Origin: an uncultured delta proteobacterium
Lineage (GTDB): Bacteria; Myxococcota; Myxococcia; SLRQ01
Reading direction: 5' to 3'
Assembly: GCA_963727485.1 (NCBI GenBank)
Contig: CAVSGM010000001.1
Location: 1,152,001 to 1,216,000 of the forward strand
DNA length: 64,000 nt
Position numbers and translations under genes: made by a program
The notes under the pieces: generated by a model
What the model saw: only the letters and a program-made list of their open reading frames with translations
Told to the model about the DNA's origin: nothing
Databases searched by the model: none
In this document: positions 57,646 through 64,000 of the stretch, in pieces
Layout of the letters: every line of letters starts with the position of its first letter
Position numbering within the stretch: the stretch's first letter is position 1

Positions 57646-60234
57646 TCAGGCCCCGCGGGCGCCGCGGCCCCGGCGGGCGCGCTCGAAGCGCAGGGCCTCG
57701 CCGTCGACGGTGACCGACACGTCGTCGCCGGTGGCGAAGTCGCCGGCGAGGATCCGCTCGGCCAGCGGCGCCTCCACCAGGCGCTGGATGGTCCGGCGCA
57801 TGGGCCGCGCGCCCATGGCGGCGTCGTAGCCCCCGGCCTCGATGAGGAAGTCGACGACCTCCGGCGCGACGCCGTAGGTGATCTGCTTCTCGGCGGCGAG
57901 GCGCTTGCTGGAGTCGGCGAGGAGCCGGCCGGCGATGGCGCCCACCTCGTCGCGGGAGAGCGGCAGGAACACCAGGCGCTCGTCGATGCGGTTCCACAGC
58001 TCCGGGGCCATGGCGCCTCGGGCGACGCCCAGGGCCCGGTCGCCCCGGTCCCGGTCCTCGGCGGCGGTATCGGCGGTGGCGTTGAAGCCCATGCGGCCGC
58101 CCACCTGCCGGTCGAAGGACTCGGAGCCGAGGTTGGAGGTGAGGATGACCAGCGTCCCGGAGAAGCCCACCTGGCGGCCGCGGCCGTCGGTGAGGTGGCC
58201 CTCGTCGAGGAGCTGGAGGAGGAGCTGGAGCACGTCGCGGTGGGCCTTCTCGATCTCGTCGAGGAGGACCACCGAGAACGGCCGCCGGCGCACCGGCTCG
58301 GTGAGCTGGCCGCCCTCGCCGTAGCCCACGTACCCCGGAGGCGCCCCGATGAGGCGGGCCACGGTGTTGGGCTCGCTGAACTCGCTCATGTCGCAGCGGA
58401 CCAGGGCGTCGGCCGAGCCGAAGAGGAAGTCGGCGAGCGCCTTGGCGAGCTCGGTCTTGCCCACGCCCGTCGGCCCGAGGAACAGGAAGCTGCCCATGGG
58501 CCGGTGGCTGTTGAAGCCGGCGTAGTTCCGGCGCACCACCTGGGAGACCCGGGCGAGGATGTCCCGGTGGCCCACGATGCGGTCGGCCAGCGCCCCCTCC
58601 ATCTTGAGGAAGCGCTCGCGGTCGGTCATCAGGAGCCGCTCCTCGGGGACCTTGGCGATCTTGGAGACCACCCTCGCCACCTCGGTGGCGCCGATGCGCG
58701 AGGTGCCCTGGCGCCTTGCCCGGGAGCCGGCGAGGTCGAGGATGCCGATGGCCTTGTCCGGGAGGCAGCGGTCGGTGACGTAGCGCGCCGAGAGGGCCAC
58801 CGAGGCTTCGAGGGCCTCGCGGTCGTAGCCGACGCCGTGGTGGTCGGCGTAGCGGTCGACGAGCCCCTCGAGGATCTTCACCGCGTCGGGCTCGGAGGGC
58901 TCGCGGACCAGCACCGGCACGAAGCGGCGCTCGAGGGCCGCGTCGGACTCGATGAACTTGCGGTACTCGTCGTGGGTGGTGGCGCCGACGCAGGGGAACT
59001 CGCCCCGGGCCAGCGCCGCCTTGAGCTCGTTGGCGGCGTCCTGGGGCCCGTCGCCGGTGGCCCCGGCGCCCACCAGGGTGTGGATCTCGTCGATGAAGAC
59101 GATGACCCGGCCCCCGGCCTTGCGGACCTCGTCCTTGATGCCCCCGAGCTTCTCGGAGAACGACCCGCGCAGGTGGGTGCCCGAGAGGATCGACGCCATG
59201 TCGAGCTCGATGACCACCTTCTCGAAGAGGGGCCCGGCGCGCTCCCCGAGCTTGAGGAGCTCGGTGGCCAGGCCCTCGACGATGGCGGTCTTGCCGACGC
59301 CCGGCTCGCCCACCAGGATGGGGTTGTTGGTGCGCCGCTTGCCGAGGATGTCGATGACCTCCTCGACCTCGCGCTCCCGGCCGATGACCGGATCGATGGC
59401 GCCCTCGAAGGAGATCTGGGTGAGGTTCCGGCCGAGGCCCGAGAGCCAGGGGAACTCCGAGGGGTCGAGGTCGTAGCGGCCCGGCGCCGGCGGCCGGGTG
59501 CCGGGGTCGCCCGAGCCGCCGCCCCCGGACGCCGCCGGGCGCTTGGGGGGCGACGCGTCCCGACGGCGGGTCGGGGGCGGGGCCTTGGGGGCGTCGCCGT
59601 CGCCGCCGCGATCGAGGGGGAGCTCGGGCTGGCCGGTGCCGGGGCCGACGGGGTGCTGGCGGGCCTCGGGGGGCGGCATGCGCCCGCGGCCCTCGAGGCC
59701 GGGGACGCGGCCCCGGGCCTCGGGGCCGGTGGTGGTGCCCCGGGCGGCGAGGCGCCCGCGCTCGCGGACGGCCTCCTCGGCGGCGGACTTCAGGCTCCTT
59801 GGCGGGGGCATGGCGGCGCGCAGGCGCCTGGGCATGTGCCCGGTGAGGTAGCTCATCGCCTGGTTGCGGGTGCCCACCACGTCGAGGCCTGCCTGGGCCA
59901 GCAGCCGGTGGGCGGCGACGTCACGCGCCCGGAGGATGGAGATGAGCAGGTAGAGGCAGTCGACGTCCCGGGCGCCCGAGCGGCCGGCGAGGGTGTGGGC
60001 CCGCTCCACCAGGGCGTCGACGGTGCCCGGGGGATCGTGCTCCATCTGGGCCATGACCCCGAGGATGGCGTCCTCGTCGACGCGCTTGTCCCGGAGGACC
60101 ACCTCGGCCCGGTTCGGCGTGGTGAACAGCGCCAGCAGGACATGGGTCGAAGAGACGGGGTGACCCACGTTCTTCGCGATGTCCTGGGCTTCGGCGAGTA
60201 CCTGGGCGAGGTCGGACGAGTTCCGCGTGCGCAT
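57646..60234 (-). CDS. ATP-dependent Clp protease ATPase (ClpA/ClpC class, no middle coiled coil)
   Basis: Clp-N repeats, DPVIGRE, GEPGVGKT, LPDKAI, GPTGVGKT, GAPPGYVG, MGF ClpP-docking loop, GARP. Confidence 0.92.
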   Translation of the reverse strand: MRTRNSSDLAQVLAEAQDIAKNVGHPVSSTHVLLALFTTPNRAEVVLRDKRVDEDAILGVMAQMEHDPPGTVDALVERAHTLAGRSGARDVDCLYLLISILRARDVAAHRLLAQAGLDVVGTRNQAMSYLTGHMPRRLRAAMPPPRSLKSAAEEAVRERGRLAARGTTTGPEARGRVPGLEGRGRMPPPEARQHPVGPGTGQPELPLDRGGDGDAPKAPPPTRRRDASPPKRPAASGGGGSGDPGTRPPAPGRYDLDPSEFPWLSGLGRNLTQISFEGAIDPVIGREREVEEVIDILGKRRTNNPILVGEPGVGKTAIVEGLATELLKLGERAGPLFEKVVIELDMASILSGTHLRGSFSEKLGGIKDEVRKAGGRVIVFIDEIHTLVGAGATGDGPQDAANELKAALARGEFPCVGATTHDEYRKFIESDAALERRFVPVLVREPSEPDAVKILEGLVDRYADHHGVGYDREALEASVALSARYVTDRCLPDKAIGILDLAGSRARRQGTSRIGATEVARVVSKIAKVPEERLLMTDRERFLKMEGALADRIVGHRDILARVSQVVRRNYAGFNSHRPMGSFLFLGPTGVGKTELAKALADFLFGSADALVRCDMSEFSEPNTVARLIGAPPGYVGYGEGGQLTEPVRRRPFSVVLLDEIEKAHRDVLQLLLQLLDEGHLTDGRGRQVGFSGTLVILTSNLGSESFDRQVGGRMGFNATADTAAEDRDRGDRALGVARGAMAPELWNRIDERLVFLPLSRDEVGAIAGRLLADSSKRLAAEKQITYGVAPEVVDFLIEAGGYDAAMGARPMRRTIQRLVEAPLAERILAGDFATGDDVSVTVDGEALRFERARRGRGARGA

Positions 60235-60367
60235 GGACCGGGACGAGCAGCAGCAGGGGAGCGAGGATCGGGCCGTGACGACCGGCAGGCGCGCGTACTA
60301 TGACACACGGGATCCCGCGGTTCAACGAGGATGGACCCGGGACGCCCCCACACCCGAGAGAGACCCC

Positions 60368-60988
60368 ATGGACCCCCTGATGATCGGCATCGCCGGCGGC
60401 ACCGCCTCCGGCAAGACCACCGTCGCCCGGCGCATCGCCGAGCAGCTCGCCGGCCACCCCGTCGCCTTCCTCGACCAGGACGCCTACTACAAGGACCTGA
60501 CGCACCTGGAACCGGCGCAGCGCCGGCAGGTGAACTTCGACCACCCGGACGCCTTCGACATCGAGCTGCTGGTCGAGCACCTCGGGCGCCTCAAGGGCCG
60601 GGAGCCGGTGGAGAAGCCCACCTACTCCTTCGTGGAGCACACCCGCCGGGCCGAGACGCTGACCATCGCCCCGGCGCCGGTGGTGGTCCTCGAGGGGATC
60701 CTGGTCCTGGCCCTGGCGCCGGTCCGCGATCTCCTCGACCTGCGCATCTACGTGGACGCCGACGACGACGTGCGGGTGGCCCGGCGCATCCAGCGCGACG
60801 TAAGCGAGCGGGGTCGGGATCTCGAGAGCGTCCTCGGCCAGTACTTCGACACGGTGCGGCCCATGCACTGGAGCTTCGTGGAGCCGTCCAAGCGCTACGC
60901 CGACGTGATCATCCCCCACGGGGGACACTCGGACGCGGCGGTGGACATGGTGGTGAGCACCATCCGCGCCCGCCTCAACCACTTCTGA
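60368..60988 (+). CDS. udk: Uridine kinase
   Basis: GIAGGTASGKT, NFDHPDAFD, RRIQRD..ERGR, FVEPSKRYAD. Confidence 0.95.
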   Translation: MDPLMIGIAGGTASGKTTVARRIAEQLAGHPVAFLDQDAYYKDLTHLEPAQRRQVNFDHPDAFDIELLVEHLGRLKGREPVEKPTYSFVEHTRRAETLTIAPAPVVVLEGILVLALAPVRDLLDLRIYVDADDDVRVARRIQRDVSERGRDLESVLGQYFDTVRPMHWSFVEPSKRYADVIIPHGGHSDAAVDMVVSTIRARLNHF

Positions 60989-61019
60989 CCGGCGCGGGGG
61001 GCCGGGGGACGCGCCGGCG

Positions 61020-62069
61020 TCAGTGGAGCCCGAGCTTGTCGAGCTCGTCCTCGTCGAGACCGAGGAAGTGGCCGACCTCGTGGAGGACGGTGATCTCGAT
61101 CTGCTCCACCAGCTCCGCCCGCGCGGCGCAGGCCCGCTCCAGGTTCCGCTGGTACAGCACGATGGACGAGGGGAAGCTGTCCCAGGGGTTCCCGCTGGCC
61201 TTGTCCTTCAGGGGCGCGCCCCGGAACACCCCGAGGAGGGTCGGCGAGAGCGGCGGGTCCTCGCCGTCGAGGTCGTCGTCGGTGGGCACGTCCTCCACCA
61301 GGACGGCCACGTTCTCCATCCACCGGCGCACGGCGTCGGGGAGGCGCCCCAGCGCCTCTTCCACGGCCTGGTCGAAGGCCTCGTGGCTCAAGGTCACCGG
61401 CGAGGGGAAGGCGTCGGGGTCGAGGCGCCGGGCGGTCTCGAGGTGCTTGACCGAGGCGTCGAGGTCGCCGGCGCGCTCGGCGACCAGCCCCAGGTACCAG
61501 TGGCCCAGCGCCTCCTCGGGCACCGCGTCCACCACGGCCCGGAGCGCGGCCCGGGCCTCGTCGAGGCGCCGGACCTCGAAGAAGGCGATGCCCCGCTGGA
61601 GGGACACCTCGGGATCGTCGCCCAGGAGGCGCGCGGCGTCGTCGAGGCGGTGCAGCGCGGTGCGGGCCCGGCCCAGCGCGATGAAGGCCCGGGCCTCGAG
61701 GAGCACCAGCTCGCCGGCCAGCGGCGCGTCGTCGTCCTCCCGGGCGATGGCGGCGCCCCGGGCGGCGAGCTCGATGGCCTCGTGGAGGGCGTCGGGATCG
61801 TCGTCGAAGTCCTGGACCAGGAGGTCGGTGGCCCCGAGGAGGAGCTCGGGGTCGTCGGGGGCGAGGGTCAGCGCCTCGTGGTAGGCCCGGTCGGCCTGGT
61901 CCATCTCGCCCAGCGCCGCCAGCGCCGCGGCGAGGAAGTGGAGCCCCTCCACCGACTCGGGGTCCAGGGAGACGGCCACCGACGCGGCGTCGCGGCAGGC
62001 GGCGAAGTCACCGGCGTCGTAGGCGCGGGCGGCCCGGTCGAGGGCCTCTTCGAGGGTGGGGGCGGCCAT
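61020..62069 (-). CDS. TPR-repeat protein with C-terminal zincin-like metallopeptidase
   Basis: TPR helices; LLGVFRG, IVLYQRN, TVLHEVGHFLG (HExxH). Confidence 0.88.
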   Translation of the reverse strand: MAAPTLEEALDRAARAYDAGDFAACRDAASVAVSLDPESVEGLHFLAAALAALGEMDQADRAYHEALTLAPDDPELLLGATDLLVQDFDDDPDALHEAIELAARGAAIAREDDDAPLAGELVLLEARAFIALGRARTALHRLDDAARLLGDDPEVSLQRGIAFFEVRRLDEARAALRAVVDAVPEEALGHWYLGLVAERAGDLDASVKHLETARRLDPDAFPSPVTLSHEAFDQAVEEALGRLPDAVRRWMENVAVLVEDVPTDDDLDGEDPPLSPTLLGVFRGAPLKDKASGNPWDSFPSSIVLYQRNLERACAARAELVEQIEITVLHEVGHFLGLDEDELDKLGLH

Positions 62070-62142
62070 GTGGGCGCGGAGTCTACACGAGAGACCCGCG
62101 CGAGTGGACAACGGCGAGGGGCCGACTAACCTCGCCTCACCG

Positions 62143-62502
62143 ATGCGCGTGCTCCTCGCCGACGACGACCCGGACATCCTCCGGCTCCTCACCCGCTTCC
62201 TCGAGCGGGAGGGGGTCACGGTGGTCTCCGTCCAGGATGGCCTCCAGGCGGTGGACGCCCTGGGCCGCGAGCGCTTCGACATGGTGATCACCGACTACCA
62301 GATGCCGTACCTCACCGGCGGCGAGCTGCTGAAGGCGCTCAAGGAGACGCCCGGGGGCGGCGAGGTGCCGGTGGTGGTGATGACGGCGTACCCCTCGGAG
62401 GAGCTCGCCGATCGGCTCCTGCGCGAGGGGGCGGCGTTCTTCCTGGAGAAGCCGCTGGACTTCGGGCAGCTGTTGGCGCTGGTGCGCTTCGCCGGGGGGT
62501 GA
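62143..62502 (+). CDS. Single-domain response regulator (receiver only)
   Basis: LLADDD, TDYQMP, MTA, EKP. Confidence 0.9.
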   Translation: MRVLLADDDPDILRLLTRFLEREGVTVVSVQDGLQAVDALGRERFDMVITDYQMPYLTGGELLKALKETPGGGEVPVVVMTAYPSEELADRLLREGAAFFLEKPLDFGQLLALVRFAGG

Positions 62503-62677
62503 CCATGGCCCGGTCGCTCGCCGTGGGGGCGCCGATGTGGGTCAAAGCAGGACACGTGTCCGAGGCAAGGCGTTGGTGCCACGCCGTGGTGCGGTTGACA
62601 CCTACATACCCCCCCCCAGGTAGCGTCGCTCCTACGGGCCACACCCTCCTGTGGCCCAGCACCTGGGAGGATGGCGG

Positions 62678-64000
62678 ATGGGGACGTGGAAGCGGATCCT
62701 GATGGGTCCCACCACCCTTGCCTGCGAGGACCTCCCAGTCGATGCGTTCCTCGATGACGCCTACCGGGCTCTCCTGGGGCAGGACCCGGCCGGCGTCTCG
62801 ATCGCGGAGCGGAACGAGGCGATCTTCGAAGCCGAGGGGCTCGGCACCACGTCTCCGGGGGTCGCTCAGCTCGACGCCGCCGTGCGTGGTGGATCCGTCG
62901 ATCCCCAGACCTGGCCGTCCCTGGCGAAGCTCTCGCCCGCCGACGCCGAGCTGACGATCACGGTTGGCCTCGTCCAGGTGGACCCGGACTTCCCGGTGCG
63001 CTGCGACTACCTCCGGGCGTTCACCGAGGGCCCAGGGCGAAGCATCGTGGCGCTCGCCCTTCTCGTGAACGCGAGCCATGGGCGTCCGATCCCGGATGGC
63101 GACCTTCTCGCCCAGCCTTTCGTGCGCAAGGGGCTGATGTGGGAGATCGCGTCGGCGCGGGACAAGGTGCTGGGCCTCACCCCTCCTGGTGGAGAGGACG
63201 GGGTGAACGCGACGCCGTCCACGACGATCAACTCGCCGCTCATCCAACTGCTGGCTGCCTTCCGCGGGGCGCACCGTGCATTCGCGGACATCTATGACGC
63301 CGGGTCGTGCGACGACGGAAGCGAGAACGGCGGCAGCGGGCACGGGAAGAGCGGCGAAGGTAGCGCTGGCAAGGGCGGAAGGGGCGGCGACGGACGGTGC
63401 ACCGGTGGGGATGAGAACCGTCCGTGGGCATACCGCCCCTTCGGACACCCCGAGGCGCCATTTGACCTCTTGCTGGCACTGCTGGGTCGGCCGCCCAAGG
63501 GCTACGGGTTGATTGGACCTGCCGGGGGTACCGTTACCGCCTTAGGCAGCCTCGGCGGTGCCTCGCTCACGATCCCGTCCGGCGACCTCACCGTTCCCAC
63601 CGCGATCGTCCTCGAGACGAGCGCAAGCGAGCCTCCGCAGACGGGGACCTTGCCCGGCGTCGGACCGGTTGCGAGGGTCCTGCCGTCGGGGTTGGCATTT
63701 CCCAAGCCAGCGACCCTCGAGCTTCCATTCTGGCCCGACCTCACGAGGAGGTTCCTGGCCCCGGTCAAGCTCGTGAAGATGACGACGTTTGACGAGACGG
63801 CCGACGCGTGGAAGCCGTTGCCGTCGGCGCTTGACGGGGCCGACAAGGTGCGCGCGCTGATTGGCCACCTGTCGTGGTACCACGCCTCCCTCGAGCTGGA
63901 CCAAGGCGCGAACACAGGCCTCTCCACGCAGCAGATAGCCGCCGAGCCGGCCGTCGATACCGTGTACTCGATGATGCTCCACGAAACCCTCTGGATACGT
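62678..64000 (+). CDS. Large protein, 5' part only, with Gly-rich linker and ZU5-like domain; absent from the ORF track because it has no stop in the window
   Basis: GGGAGG RBS, ATG at 62678, frame open to 64000; GLIGPAGGTV..ASLTIPSG..LPSGLAFPKPATLELP..WKPLPS..IGHLSWY; lower GC than the core genes. Confidence 0.75.
   Translation, partial: MGTWKRILMGPTTLACEDLPVDAFLDDAYRALLGQDPAGVSIAERNEAIFEAEGLGTTSPGVAQLDAAVRGGSVDPQTWPSLAKLSPADAELTITVGLVQVDPDFPVRCDYLRAFTEGPGRSIVALALLVNASHGRPIPDGDLLAQPFVRKGLMWEIASARDKVLGLTPPGGEDGVNATPSTTINSPLIQLLAAFRGAHRAFADIYDAGSCDDGSENGGSGHGKSGEGSAGKGGRGGDGRCTGGDENRPWAYRPFGHPEAPFDLLLALLGRPPKGYGLIGPAGGTVTALGSLGGASLTIPSGDLTVPTAIVLETSASEPPQTGTLPGVGPVARVLPSGLAFPKPATLELPFWPDLTRRFLAPVKLVKMTTFDETADAWKPLPSALDGADKVRALIGHLSWYHASLELDQGANTGLSTQQIAAEPAVDTVYSMMLHETLWIR

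Overview
Very GC-rich bacterial chromosomal segment. The gene content (Ser/Thr kinase with PEGA tail, LVIVD and lipase lipoproteins, AgmX/PglI-type C-terminus, TPR-zincin) points to Myxococcota/Deltaproteobacteria. Left to right: a co-oriented envelope redox cluster (Tat gluconate-2-dehydrogenase gamma-type subunit, GMC flavoprotein, membrane-anchored beta-propeller/di-haem peroxidase-fold cytochrome, beta-barrel porin, large lipoprotein hydrolase); a ~15 kb minus-strand block with a Na+-motif V/A-type ATPase operon (E, DUF2764, A, B, D, I, K) directly upstream of a split Mrp-type antiporter operon carrying three MrpD/MrpA-like subunits; MFS transporter, rnr, an HNH nuclease with a RuvA-C-like tail, mutS2; pstSCAB with a Pho box; patatin, rlmD, lipoproteins, namZ, a HK-REC-HK hybrid kinase, nadD, TauE/DUF1634, a MacAB-type exporter, a lower-GC islet, DUF2520, ClpA/C, udk, TPR-zincin, a receiver protein, and a lower-GC ZU5-domain gene running off the right end. 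Six genes are frameshifted, five of them at or next to GATC, which suggests methylation-driven long-read errors rather than true pseudogenes. No rRNA, tRNA or CRISPR array was seen. All domain calls come from motif recognition by eye; no database search was run.
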